A DNA stretch of 63,404 nt, counting the filler, from Hausera hauseri (Eukaryota), in NCBI GenBank assembly GCA_046269625.1. It is 12 parts of 12 records of this genome, joined end to end, with 100 filler letters (N's around TTAATTAATTAA, not from the genome) between each part and the next. Parts side by side here need not be neighbours in the genome. Positions count along the whole stretch, not along the records: positions 1 to 4,363 come from JBJURY010616998.1; positions 4,464 to 8,610 come from JBJURY010735544.1; positions 8,711 to 13,963 come from JBJURY010298500.1; 9 more parts are not named here. One strand, given 5' to 3'. Below the pieces are notes generated by a model. It saw nothing but the letters and a program-made list of their open reading frames with translations. It ran no database searches and had not been told where the DNA came from. Every line of letters starts with the position of its first letter. The stretch's first letter is position 1. Positions 1-12,600 of this stretch are shown piece after piece. Position numbers and translations under genes: made by a program.

Positions 1-1945
1 AGATTGCAGCTGGTGCATGCCGCGCATCAATATGTGCCTGCAAAATGGTAGTGATCCCTGACTTTTTGATTTTCCTTAGTGAAGGACTTGTCACACAAGC
101 AACATGCTGTTCCCTTGCGTCATTCTTCATCTTGCTTCTTCGACATGCTCATGTTATACTTATGCTGCTGCAACATATCGCCAAACCTATGAGACATATC
201 TTCAAGTTGCTTCATGAAATGAGCTGCTGCGCCTGGACCCGTGAATAGACATGGTTCACTGTCCAGTCCTTTGGCATACACGCAATATGAGAGCTCATAA
301 TATTGGTATGCTGTTGTGCTGCTACGTTGTGGATTAGGACTGCAGCTCTGTACTGGACACAGAATGGCCTCAAAGTCGCAATAGATAACTAAATCGGACC
401 TTGATCTTCTTCTCGAACTTTATGAATTCAGTGTAATCCTCCTTAAATAATTCTTGTCTGATACAGTAATTGTTGTTGCAGTACATCTTGTGCTCTGCAA
501 GCTTGTCCACTGCTGCATCACCACTAAAATGGGACAGGCATCGTTTGCATATTTCGATTCTTATTGTGTTTTGTAATTTGAGATCTGACTAAACGCTCAA
601 AGTCTTAGATTCAAACATAATGTTTCTTTTCTCAATCGTCTAGTAGGAGCAGATCCCTATAATCTTCCAGTTCAGTACCAAATATCTGCAGGGGATAGAA
701 TTTGTCCTCCTCATCCAATCGAAAGATATTGACGTACATGTTGACTTTTTCAAATTTTTTGACTTCATGTATGGATGGCTGGAACTTAATACGTTGGAAG
801 TCATTGCTGTGCTGCAGATCCTTATGGAGCGACACACGGTAAGCATGCATTTGATCCGTTAGGAGTTTTGATGGAATGTCATACTTGAAACACATGTTGT
901 CGCTATTACTGACATTGATGCATGCTTTTTTATTGACGATCCATTCAGGGAGCTGAATATATAAAGTGCATTACATGGAGGAGTACTCGTGCACGTATAT
1001 AATCAATCTCTTAATGGTTGCCAGAGTTCATCCGATCTTCTTATCCTGGCTCTCCCCGATTTCACGGATCAGCTTCTTGTGCGCCTCTTGCAGCCATTCT
1101 AAAATATTGGTGTTTTCCAGCATGGGCCTATTTTTTAGTTTTGAAAACCTTATTGGATTCTTGGCCATAAACATTGATGTATGTGGCCTCCAGTTTCATA
1201 TTCACTTTAAGGGATTTGAGCTCCGCCGTGTTGTTCCGAAGAATTCCCTCTGTGTCTTCCTTTGTTTATATGAGGGTTGCATCAATAGCAGGTCTGAGGA
1301 TTTTTTTCTTTAATGCTGCCGCATCTACTGGCTGCTGTCTTTGGATTTTTGATGGAGCATCTGCTGCTGCCGCTGCTGCTATACGTTTTAGTCCTGCATC
1401 GGGCCTTGTTGCCGAATCAGACTGTACAACTGGCTGTGCTGTCAAAGCAGGCTTATGCTGCTTATTAAAGATGACCTTCTTTGACTCTGACTTGAAATCT
1501 TTTAAATGGACAATATGATCTTTGTAAAACTGCATGTATTCTCCATCACAAACAACCTCACATCCTGGGAAAATATAATAGAGGGTCCTACTGAATCTGT
1601 ATCTATAATAGCTTCTCGTGGTATTATGACATATCTGATAGTTGTGTATTGCACATGTGCAATACACGTATGAACTGCATCTTTGATTTTCCTTAGACAT
1701 GAAAGTCATTATTGGTATATTGATATTGAATATTTGCTTCTTCGACTTGGTGAAGGAAATCAGGTATTGTTGTGGGCATTTTAATAGTTTTCATAATTGA
1801 TTTTGCACACTACCTCACATGTAGGGCATACATAACACTCAGTCCTGTTGTAAAGATGGCTGAAATATTTCTTCATACTGTTTTGAAAATTTTCAGGCTT
1901 CTGGATTTCAGCCAAGCATTCTTTGTATAGATTGCACATCTAAAA
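1..1945 (-). pseudogene. Polinton/Maverick-type protein-primed DNA polymerase B, N-terminal half, degraded (copy A)
   Basis: Minus-strand fragments 1266-1709 and 632-895 (NMYVNIFRLD...YPLQIF...DLLLL); preceding YIQLPEWIVNKKACINVSNSDNMCFKY; endonuclease-VII-like AACTSCNL at window start; several stops and frameshifts. Confidence 0.85.
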
Positions 1946-2267
1946 GTCAATCAATTTTCTGCGGAGCACAAATAAAAATCGCACCATTTGTGGAAGTGAC
2001 TTCGGAAATAATGCAATATGTAGCCATGTCAACGGACGCTGCCTCATTTGTGGATTTTGTAAATTTTGAATTTTTTGAACATTCTAGAAAACCTTGTTTT
2101 TATGCACAAAATAAATTAAATGCACCTAGGCGCCAAATTTAAAAGGTTCTAATATATGGGGATTTGAATGCCTTCACTAGATTATTCGAATAATGCATGC
2201 TTGACCGAATTTTCTAGTTCGGATAACTAAATATTCGAATTTTAAGCTCAAATTCGAATATGCGATG

Positions 2268-4363
2268 TTGAATTGGAAGATAATAGGGATCGGCTCCTGC
2301 TAGACAATGGAGAAAAGAAATATTACGTTTGGATCAAGAACTTTGGGCGTCTAGTCAGATCCCAAATTACTAAACACACAAGAAGGATCGAATATGCAAA
2401 CGATGCTTTTCACATTTCAGCGGCAAGTTAGCTGTGGAGAAGATAAAGGAGCACAAGATGTATTGTAACAACAATTAGTGCACCAGGCCAGAATTTTCCG
2501 AGGAGGACTACATTGAATTCAAGGAGTTCGAGAAGAAGATCAAGATCACAATAGTAATCTATTGGGACTTTGAAGCTATTCTCAGGCCAGTTCACTGCTG
2601 CAGCCCTAATCCTCAACACAGCAGCAGAACGGCATATTAATATCATGAACTCTCATCATATTGCATGTATGCCAAAGGACTGGACAATAAATTATTTCTA
2701 TTCAGAGGTTCAGGTGCAGCAGCACATTTCATGAAAGGACTTGAAGACATGGTTCATAGGCTTGAAAACATGCTTGAGCAGCATATGAATAATATTGGCA
2801 TGTTAAAGCAGCAAGAAGAAGAATGGTGCAAGGCAACAACATGCTACTTGTGCGACAAGTCATTCATCAAGGATAATCATAAAGTCAGTGATTATTGACA
2901 TTTTACAGGCAAATATCGAGGTGCAGCATGCACCAACTGCAATCTGCGTTGCAAAACATGCACATATATGCCTGTAGTGTTCCAAAATCTCAGTGGATAT
3001 GATTCACAATTCATTGTTCGGTAACTGGGCAACATTGATGAAAACATTGATTTCATTCCAAATAGTGAGGAAAAATACAACACTTTCATTAAGCATGTTG
3101 GAAGAATTAGGCTTTGCTTCATAGACAGTTTCCGTTTCATGCCGCCTTCACTGTATAGTTTAGTGAAGAACCATCCATCAGGAGAACTCAGGGAGACGAA
3201 GCGATTCTTTTCCACTAACTTTGACCAAGTTAAAACGAAAGGAGTGTTTCTATAAGACTACATAACATTATGGGAAATACGGAATAATGCCTCATTACTG
3301 CCCAAGGATGGTTTTTATAGCCAATTGTCGGACTATGATATCAATAATGAGGACTACCAGCATGCTCAGAACGTCTGGCAGGCATTACTTTGCAGGACAA
3401 TAGGAGAATACAGCGATGTATACCTCAAGACGGATGTGTTGCTTCTGACAAATGTCTTTGAGTGTTTCAGGGATGTTACAATGAAGAGCCCTGCCTTGGA
3501 TCCTGCTCATTTCGTTACGGCTACATGGGTGAGCTGGGAAGCTATGCTGAGATATACTGATTTTAGGCTGCAGATCATTAAGGATTATGATATGATCCTT
3601 ATGATTGAGAGAGACATTAAAGGCGGAATATGTCAAGCCATTCATCGGTATAGCGAGGCCAACAACAAGTATATGGCCCAGTTTGATTTATCCAAGGAAT
3701 CATCATATATCATACCTGGATGCCAACAACTTGTATGGATATGCAATGAGCGTCCAATTGCCATATGATAACTTCAATGGGTCGCGAATCCTTAACACAT
3801 CCCTATATTAAACCTGGATCCCACTAAAGATACGGGATACATACTGGGAGTGGATATGGAATATCCGGCTTCCACTCGCACGAAACACCAACAGCTGCCT
3901 TTGCTCCATGAGAACAAGCCTCTGCCCCATGGAAAGTATAGAAAGCTGCTCTATTATCTGGATAGTAGGGTGAGGTATGTAGTCCACTACATACATCTCC
4001 AGCAAGCGGTAAGAAATGGACGCCGTATTACTAAGATCCATCGGGTACTGAAGTTCAGCCAGTCCTTATGGCTGCAGCCCTACATAGATCTCCATTTTAA
4101 GTTCCGGACAAATGCCAAAAGCAACTTTGAGAAGGATCAGTTCAAGCTTTACAACAACAGCATTTTTGGCAAACGATGGAAAATATCCGCAACAGGATCA
4201 ACATCGTGCTAGTATGTGACTGGAAACGGGCAAAGAAGCTCATTGCCAAGTCTAACTTCCATAGAAAGACCATATAAACTGAGAAGTTGGTCAGCATCCA
4301 TATGCTGAAAACAGCATTGATATTCAATACGGCCATATATGTGGGTATGATAATATTGGATCT
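2268..4363 (+). pseudogene. Polinton/Maverick-type pPolB, 5'-truncated and degraded (copy B)
   Basis: CYLC...TGKYRGAACTNCNL; QNLSGYDSQF; FIDSFRFM; YLKTDVLLLTNVFECFR; motif A YLDANNLYG; motif B FKLYNNSIFGK; runs into linker. Confidence 0.92.
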
Positions 4364-4463
4364 NNNNNNNNNNNNNNNNNNNNNNNNNNNNNNNNNNNNN
4401 NNNNNNNTTAATTAATTAANNNNNNNNNNNNNNNNNNNNNNNNNNNNNNNNNNNNNNNNNNNN
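4364..4463. other. Artificial scaffold linker (44 N + TTAATTAATTAA + 44 N); repeated at 8611, 13964, 18706, 25738, 29867, 39088, 45095, 49895, 54618, 58805
   Basis: Same 100-bp structure 11 times; the 12-mer places stops in all six frames. Confidence 0.98.
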
Positions 4464-4473
4464 CATGTAATTT

Positions 4474-4592
4474 GCTGTGGATGTGTCTTCTATGCGCTCC
4501 GTATATGTATAGGTGCTGTGGATGTCTTCTAGGCGCTCCATTTACGTATAAGTGCGGTGGATGCGTCTTCTAGGCGCCCTTTATATGTATAT
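4474..4592. repeat. Minisatellite, about 3 copies of a ~40-bp unit
   Basis: tgc(t/g)gtggatg..tcttcta(t/g)gcgc...gtata repeated three times in tandem. Confidence 0.85.
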
Positions 4593-5108
4593 GTTAATAT
4601 CATCGACAACAGTGGGTGTCGCATCCATGGTGTGGTTTTTTTTTTTTTTTTTTTGTATTGTGAATTGCTTGTGAAGATTTACAGTTCTCTAATACTCCAG
4701 GCGAAGTAAGGAGCACTGACTTACGGGTTGTTGTAATTGAATATAACACCGCCATGTGTCGACGTAACCTTTTAGAATGCATATATTTACCTGGTTAGGA
4801 GATGTAGAGAAATGTTGGCTGAGATTGTCCAGACTTCGTAATATCCGCGGTTGTCGTCTAGACCAGAGATAAATATTGTAACGTCGGCGGAACTTTTGAT
4901 TCAATCAAGAAGCGCATCAGACATTTAAGTGGACGACATTTTGAGTTATGCGATGATGTTGGAAGATGCTGAAGTAAAGACTTGAATATCAGGATGATTA
5001 GTGGTTGTAGGTTGTAGTGGCGTGCTTGAGCATGTCCGTTGTCCCCCAGGTTTACCGTAACAGGGCACGTGACATGCTTTTAGCCAATCGAGGACTAGAA
5101 CGAATATA

Positions 5109-5295
5109 GCCAGTATATCGTTGTCATGGCAGCACACGCGCGTTATGCAGATGGCGAGTCTCGGTCATCCAGGGCAAAGCTTTGGGGTCAGATCCGAGAC
5201 CGCTGCACCCCAGTTAACCAACTATAAATGCGTACCTGAAATGTTTTCTCTTGGAATTTAAAGTCGACCAGGCATGATGCCGACCATGCAACCCG
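5109..5295 (+). mobile_element. SINE-like repeat fragment
   Basis: ccccagttaaccaactataaatgcgtacctg...taaagtcgaccaggcatgatgccgacca resembles the conserved central domain of invertebrate SINEs (from memory). Confidence 0.4.
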
Positions 5296-6289
5296 CCCGC
5301 GTCACCCGATGACCCCGAGCCCCCATCTCCCGGTGACCCGATGACCCACCATCCCCGTCCGCCCGCCTCGCCTGGTGACCTGCTCCGGGCTGCTCCAGCC
5401 TGCTCCGGGTTTTTTCTTCTTTGCGCTATAGATTGCAGGAGCTTGCAGGATATATAGCTTATATAAGCAATCCTGCAAGGAAATGATAATCATTAGTGAT
5501 CTCATATACTACTTACAGCTGCGGCTGCTTGTTGATCTCAGGTTAATATTGAGGGTTTACATTAATAATACAGTGTATGAAAGTCGGGTTTATAGGCCCA
5601 GTCTATTTCTGCATATTTTCAAGCAACTTATTGTCCAGTAGCTGTGGCATGTCTGCTGTGGTTGGATCTGGTTGGATAGAGGAAATCGCTGGTAGTTAGT
5701 TCTTAATATCTTAATATCTTATCTCCATTTTATGGATTTCTTCTTTTCCTTACAGACCAATGGCTTTATCTTGTATTAGAGACGAGTATCTAACCGGATT
5801 GATGTCTAAATACTTTTATTAGAAATTTCATTCTAGCTGTTTTATTATTTTCGAAGATTACCCTCTTTTAATGGGGCAACTATCGTATAGCAGATAATCT
5901 GGTATGGATCATGAGATTGTGTTTTCAATGCCAGGATTGGGGAATTAAATTTTTCCAAGATTTCGCCATCTGTGATTCATCTAGCCTAAATATGGGGTTC
6001 AGTTTTAATAGGTTGTTGTGGATTACCATATAGATTTTCTGGGAAATTAAGGTTGTCTACCTTTATGCTGATAACATACCCAATTACGTGCCGTTGGCCA
6101 ATGAAAAATGTGAACACTAACTCCACGTTCCCTTATACGTCTTCAAGGGGTGAATGGGGTCTTTTAATTTTTTAACTATCATCATCACCGATCATTTCCA
6201 TCAATTAAATTTGTTGTATCCTCGTGATAACCATCGATATCAGTTGATTATCATTAATGATTTGTACATTTCTTTGCCTTTGAGCGTCA

Positions 6290-6480
6290 TCTACAGTTCA
6301 CCTTGCTGTGGTACTGTGCAGTGTTAATAGGTTGTTGTGTATTGCCATATAGGGCATTGTCTATGTTTGGTAGCAGTCTTTTTTAGTTCACAAAGTGTAG
6401 GGCAAATAGCAAGTAGTGTTCCACAATCTCATACAGTTGTGTAATGATTTGTACATAGACTATAATTTTAAAAAGGGGAG
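6290..6480 (-). mobile_element. Possible 3' remnant of a non-LTR retrotransposon (C-terminal CCHC region)
   Basis: Minus-strand EIVEHYLLF resembles the ETxEHxLxxC knuckle; heavily degraded. Confidence 0.3.
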
Positions 6481-8039
6481 CGTGAAGAAATTATATTGCC
6501 AAAAATCTCTTGTCTTTTTTCAATCCAATTTGCCTCCAATTCGTTACGTTTGTAGCTGTCTTTTCAAACGATTTGCACTGATGATTATCCTCATTTCATT
6601 TGTACCGTACCTTTCACCTTCACACTATCGTCATTGTTAGGAATGATTTGAGTCCTAGCATTGTCATAACTTCTGCAAAAGCAAGAAGACCTTACAGTCA
6701 ACGAGATACTAGAACAGTTTGTGCGAATAATCTTCGGTGGCTACTGGTACAGGGAGCGGAGAAGATATTGAAATGTCCTGAATGCTGTCGTGCTAGTTCA
6801 AATAGCACATAGAACATGACTTGCAACAGTGTTTTTATGCTGCTGATATTGTTTTTTTTTTTTTGTTCGATCTCCACATCACTGAGCGGCAGCTCTTTTG
6901 TATGAGCCCTGAGAACGACTGGTTCAGACCTAAGAAGGACTATTATGGAGGATTATGAGGTGAACAGAGGCCCTCCAAGCTTTATTGCAATGCTTGGCCT
7001 CCTATGATAGACCACTTAGCTGGGGACCATCTCGATCACCTCAGACAAAAACGACTCTATTTCAGAAAAGCTAACTTAGTTCATACATTAATGTGTCCAC
7101 TTTATTTTTTGTTTGTCTCACTTTCCACCATGACATTCACACCTAAAACAAAAATTACCGCCACCTACTACAATCACCACAACAGACATCACCTTTACCG
7201 AGCTGGCCAGAGAATGATTGTACATTAATCACTGAATTTCTAAAAACGTAATGACCGGTTTTGGAGTTTTAGCTGTAACAAAATTAACTGGTTTATAAAC
7301 ATTTCATTTTTCCGGTTCTACGTTTATGGCAAGATAGAAGGCCATCCTGAAGCATGTCAATTAAACTTGCAAGCCAATGAAAAATTGGAATTGACATTAA
7401 TTACCTTGTTTATACATCTGGGAATTGTCAGCGTGAGTTATTGATTTGAAGAATGCGCACACAATCACGGAAACATGAATGGTTAGTTGAAAAAATAGTT
7501 ATGCAAATTGCGGTGTGTTAAAACACTCGTTTTATTATGTATAAACATCTGCTTATCTTTAGAATCTGTCATATCATCAGAGGGTTTCAATAAGTCAATG
7601 ATGAAGATATAAGGAAATGAAAATAAAGAAACATAAGCAGTAAGGTTGTAGAAGAGAGAATTGCAGTAGAGACAACAGAAGAAGTAATAAACGATGGCTT
7701 TTTTCTCACTATTAGTGATATGTTAATTTGTGTCGCTGACAACCTTCAACTTTAGCTCCACTACTAGCCTCTTTTCACGCTTTTTCTTACTATCAGCCTT
7801 TATCCATGTGTGTGCGTCTCTCTCTCCTATGTTCCTGATGTAGTTGTGCTGTTTGCTGTCTATTGTACCTCTTTTGTTTTATGCATCAGATGAAGACCTC
7901 GAGTTCGTAACGCAATGTTTGTACCTGTTCATTGTTGTCCTCTGGTAAGACTTCCTAACCCTTTTTTTCATTTTTTTACGCACTTTGATTTTGTTTTTTC
8001 CGATGTTCATTTATTTTAGGTTAGTTTGCTGATATGAGA

Positions 8040-8290
8040 TCACGGTGGCGTAGTGATTAGTGCAGGCGTCTGCTAAAACAGTAACGCGGGTTCAACTGCC
8101 TACAATGACGAATTTGTTTCCGGCCAATCAGATCTTCGGTCCAGCCATTCTGAAATAGGCACCGGAGTAAAACTTGAGAAAACTAAATATGTGGTATTGT
8201 CCCCACTCACAAAAAGCCGTAAGCAAAGTATAGAATAGGCAGTAACACCTTATTCCCCTATGGCATTAATTACATGGGATTTTGCCTTTT
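8040..8290 (+). mobile_element. tRNA-derived SINE-like repeat
   Basis: Pol III A-box-like GGTGGCGTAGTGATTAG and B-box-like GGTTCAACTGCC at tRNA spacing; no cloverleaf 3' end; followed by ccagcc...gaaataggcacc core-like sequence. Confidence 0.55.
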
Positions 8291-8769
8291 TATGTTTTTG
8301 CCTCTTTTTACATGGATGTAAACTGCTTGCTTTTATAGACTATAGTACCGATTAATCATCTGTAACGTCTGGAATCCGAAATCCCTAAGCATTTATCCGA
8401 AACGTCACATACACGAAATTGCTTGACCTGTAATGACCAGTAGGCAGCACTGGTTTGGAGAACTTTACCCACCTCTCAAGAATATTTTTGTGAATGTAAT
8501 TACGGCATGTACGTTTGTACACCTACACGGCTGGTCACCCTTGTCAGTGGTTTATTTCTTAATTTCGACACGGGAAAATGAACGAGTCGGTAGTAGTATA
8601 TGGTGGGATANNNNNNNNNNNNNNNNNNNNNNNNNNNNNNNNNNNNNNNNNNNNTTAATTAATTAANNNNNNNNNNNNNNNNNNNNNNNNNNNNNNNNNN
8701 NNNNNNNNNNAAAGAGATGATGATGAAACACTGAGAATAACAATTGGCATCTCAGGTGGGACACTCTCG

Positions 8770-9606
8770 ATGTTCCGAAGAGAGAAACCGATAATTCCTC
8801 CTCCAAAGATGCAATTAGAAAGTTCCAGCTGTCGTTTAAGAAGAAAGAATCAAACGACAACGAAATCACCCTACAACTATTTTAACATGCAGAAATTATT
8901 CAATTATGTATTTAAAAAAGATTATTTGTTTATATGTATCAGCAAAATTGAACTACCTAATCCAATGAAGAAAAAGAAAGTAATTTCGGTATCGCAGTTA
9001 TTTAAAAAAGATGTTGATCATTCTAAAATTATAATACCTCTTCTAAGAAGTGCCATGGAGCCCTACTGGTGTTATAAAGCAATCCGAATGATGCAAATGT
9101 TATGTGTACTTGTGGGTGAGAAATATATGGATTGTAGAGATTATGTTCAGACATTGAAATGCGTCTATGAAGTATCAAACGAATATAGAAGTGAAAAATG
9201 GAACTATTTGTTAACAATGGCTTTGCTAAATTCGTTGAAATGTATGTTTATTGTGGCTTTAGTTCCGGATTATATATTAATTTGCTTAGAGCTCATTAAT
9301 GAAAATATTAAATTGAATCCGGTTGATAAAATACGAATTCATGATAACTTAAATCGAGTTTTAAAAAATGATATTCCAGATGCTGAAAGCTGTTTTAATT
9401 CTCAACAAATAGACGAAGCCATTTCAATGTGGAAAACGAGATCTGCAGAATTCCAAATTGCTGAATATAAGAAAAAGAAATTCTTGTATGAATTATATGT
9501 AGTATGTGTATTGCATGATGGTATATATATTAATGCGTTAAAGATTTCCGCATCGATCGATTGTTATTATTCTACATTCATTCAGTGGAGTTATTATGTG
9601 GGCTAA
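8770..9606 (+). CDS. TRAPPC11: Partial TRAPPC11 (Foie gras domain); homology limited to about 9005-9450
   Basis: HSKIIIPLLRSA...YKAIRM...GEKY...DY...YRSEKWNYLLT.AL...LKC...DYI..CLEL...KIRIHDNL.RVLKN matches the TRAPPC11 pattern. Confidence 0.8.
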   Translation: MFRREKPIIPPPKMQLESSSCRLRRKNQTTTKSPYNYFNMQKLFNYVFKKDYLFICISKIELPNPMKKKKVISVSQLFKKDVDHSKIIIPLLRSAMEPYWCYKAIRMMQMLCVLVGEKYMDCRDYVQTLKCVYEVSNEYRSEKWNYLLTMALLNSLKCMFIVALVPDYILICLELINENIKLNPVDKIRIHDNLNRVLKNDIPDAESCFNSQQIDEAISMWKTRSAEFQIAEYKKKKFLYELYVVCVLHDGIYINALKISASIDCYYSTFIQWSYYVG

Positions 9607-12600
9607 AAGTTTAAAAGATAGTGTAATGTTTTCAGCAGTTATAACAATTCTTCATGTTACTGTCGATATAGAAAATGTCAATGTTTCTGGGAATCCTTTG
9701 GAAATGTTAGATATTCATCGGGGATATGTGGATTTAGTGAAATATACACTCGTACTACTTGAAGAATTGATAGTAATGAATGAGGAACTCGGAATGCAAT
9801 TTTTAGAATGTAACAAAGAAGAGAAAACAGTCAGATTAAAGATCGGTTCGATTTCGAGAATGAAAAAGATTGAAAATAAATATTTTGTAAGTTCTGCAAT
9901 TAATTTAAATGAAATGGAAATATTTTCACGTATTGTAGATAGTATATCACATAATCTGTCCAAAGAAAACTATCACGACCAAGACACGATAACGAACAGA
10001 AATGATAAAATACAACGGCGATGGAAAGAATTACAAAATCTTGTTTCTGCAAAATTATCCGATGCAGAACGTTTGGAAATTCTTATCTCACTATTCAGAA
10101 CGTTGGATACGATAAATTTGGAATATGAATATTTAGAGCCTCAAATTAATTCAAATGAATACGGAAAGCATCTGAAGGCCGAAGAAGATTTACTCGAAAA
10201 GCACAATCTATTGGATGTTCAGTTGAAACCACTTTGTGATCGATTTAAAACCGTGAAGTTTAAAGCAATTGAATTTATGGAATCTCCAAAATCCAAACGC
10301 GTTTTATGTACGTATGTAAAAATTGAATATTCTATGGATTTATGGCTCATAATTTTTAGAATCATTAGTTCAGCATTTTCATTGGAATTAAAGTCACTGA
10401 ATAATGGTACCATTTTTACTGTTGTGGAAAAGAATTCTGTCGATCAGTTAAGTTATGAAAAATTAGCTGTTGATGAGTCAAAACAAATTATTCTAAACTT
10501 TTCGTTGACCGGGACAACTGATACATCAAGTGAGAAAGTTGTATTATACATAAACTCAGTGAAATCTAAGGTCAAAGTTTTTGATAACTCAAAAAATGTA
10601 AATAAGGCCCAAGACGTTTATATTGTTAAAGAAATAAAAAATGATTCAGTTTCCTATGACATTAATTTCTCAAAATTGGATAAAGTTCAAGCTGGAGTTT
10701 ATAAATTATCGATTACACTCAGAGATCAAAAGTTAGAAGATGAGTCATATTTATCATCCGTTCTTCGTTTAATTCGGAGACATCAAGTGTATGAGTCTGA
10801 AATTGATGCTCATCGCCCATTGTTTAGCAAGCTCCAAAGTACGGCCACTAAACTTATTTCTGATTTACAATTACCGCCAAAGAATATTGAAGATCGTCTT
10901 AAGTTACTTTCTGAAGGGTGGAAAAATCTTGAAGCTGCAAAGTTACATCATAGAAATATTCTAAAAGACGCTCATGAAAGTCAAAAATATTATGTTGATG
11001 CTGATGATGCTGATCAATGGATGACGGAACATTTTCCATTAGTCTTGACGAAGGAAAATGGGGAAGATTCAGGTTCATCACAGGCATTACTCAAAAGACA
11101 TACAGTATTATTGGAAAATATTAAAACCTTTGGTGCTAATGACATGAAACGATTGAGTGATTTAGCAACGTTGATGACAAAACCTCTTGAGAAGCACAAC
11201 GTTCGTCCAGATAACATTTTAGAGAAATTAGATCGCACAACTTCTTTGGACATCAACTTTAAGATCGAAAACAATATGATCGAAATTCCCATCGACAAAG
11301 AACCAGAAGCCGCAATATACGAAGACGATTCAAAAGGTCCCTTGTACGTTGCTATTACTAGTTACGACGCACGTGATCCAAACAGGAAAGACATCTCACT
11401 CATTAAAGATGAAGCTTACAAAGTACTAAATACAAGAAATAATGATTGGTGGTTGGTTGAGTCAAAAGATAAAGTTAAAGGATATGCTCCCGCCAACTTC
11501 CTCAAAGAGAAACCGAAGCCGTTTCGTATGCAGAAACCGAAAACGAAATGGGTTCATCTGGATTCACCAGAAGCCCAACAATTTATGGATAAGAATAACC
11601 GAAAGTCGATCAACGAAAAGATATTCTCAGAGCCGACCGTTCGTAATCAAAATAAATTGCATTTTGACAAGACGAATATTGAAAAACGACAGGCAGAACT
11701 CGATAATAAATACACAGACGTTAAGAAACGACACAATGAAATTCTTAATCGGTGGAACAACTTGAATAAATTGAAATGCGAGAAAGAAAAATCACTTGCC
11801 GGAGCATCCAGCATTGATTTGTTTAATAAAACCGGCGACGAACTTAAAAATTCAATACAACGGAAACTCGAATTGCTTGTCGATGATAACGTTGGTCATG
11901 ATAAAGAATCAAATGAAACTTTGAAACGGAAATTCCAAAATTTATTACGAGAAATTGATCCAATAAGGAATAGAATGGAACGTTTCAAATATCTCGGTGA
12001 AGGTGTAAAGAACACATCTCAATGAATCGAAATTTGTCGACGATAAAATCAAAGACATTCAGAATTTGTATAATCAACTGCAGAAAGCTCTCGATAACCG
12101 AGATAAAGATTTAAACAATGCTGGAAAAGTTCATAAGTTCATCAACGATGCAAAAGACATGGATATTTGTTTAACAAACCTACTGGAAACAATGGAAGAA
12201 CCAATTGTTGTAAAAGATGTCGGTTCTGCCAAGAACGCAATTCAGCAACACGAACCGTTGAAATATGAAGTTAGCACTGCTGAACTAAAATTTAACGATT
12301 TATCGAAATTGGGTAAAGATGTATTATTAGATCACCCAAACGACAAAAATGTTAGTCAGTATCTGCCAAAATTGAATGAAAAGTTACAAGCTTTGAAAAA
12401 TAGTGAAGCAAAACGTTCTAAAGATCTGGAAAACGCATTGCAAACTCAAATTTTTAACCAAGGATGTGATGTTTTAGAATCTAAAATCAATAATCAGTTT
12501 CGAGAGCTGGATTCCATTCATCCAGAGCCAACTACGACAAATGTTGAAACAGCATTGAAAAAACTCAATGAAATTGGAACTAAAATTGGACAATTAGACG

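Noticed and set aside
4408-4419. TTAATTAATTAA palindrome recurring 11 times
   Set aside because: Artificial linker inside N runs; not a biological repeat
4474-4592. CRISPR-like short repeats
   Set aside because: Degenerate contiguous tandem units with no spacers
6001-6352. A ~33-bp direct repeat (aataggttgttgtg.att.ccatatag) about 320 nt apart
   Set aside because: Only two diverged copies in decayed TE sequence; no further structure seen
7560-7915. Hammerhead ribozyme or Penelope end (CTGATGA, GATGAAGAC)
   Set aside because: Could not build the required stems or the correct CTGANGA-GAAA order
8040-8110. tRNA gene
   Set aside because: A/B boxes present but no acceptor stem or cloverleaf; better explained as a SINE head
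12000-12066. Programmed frameshift in spectrin
   Set aside because: No slippery heptamer; a one-base assembly error or mutation is simpler
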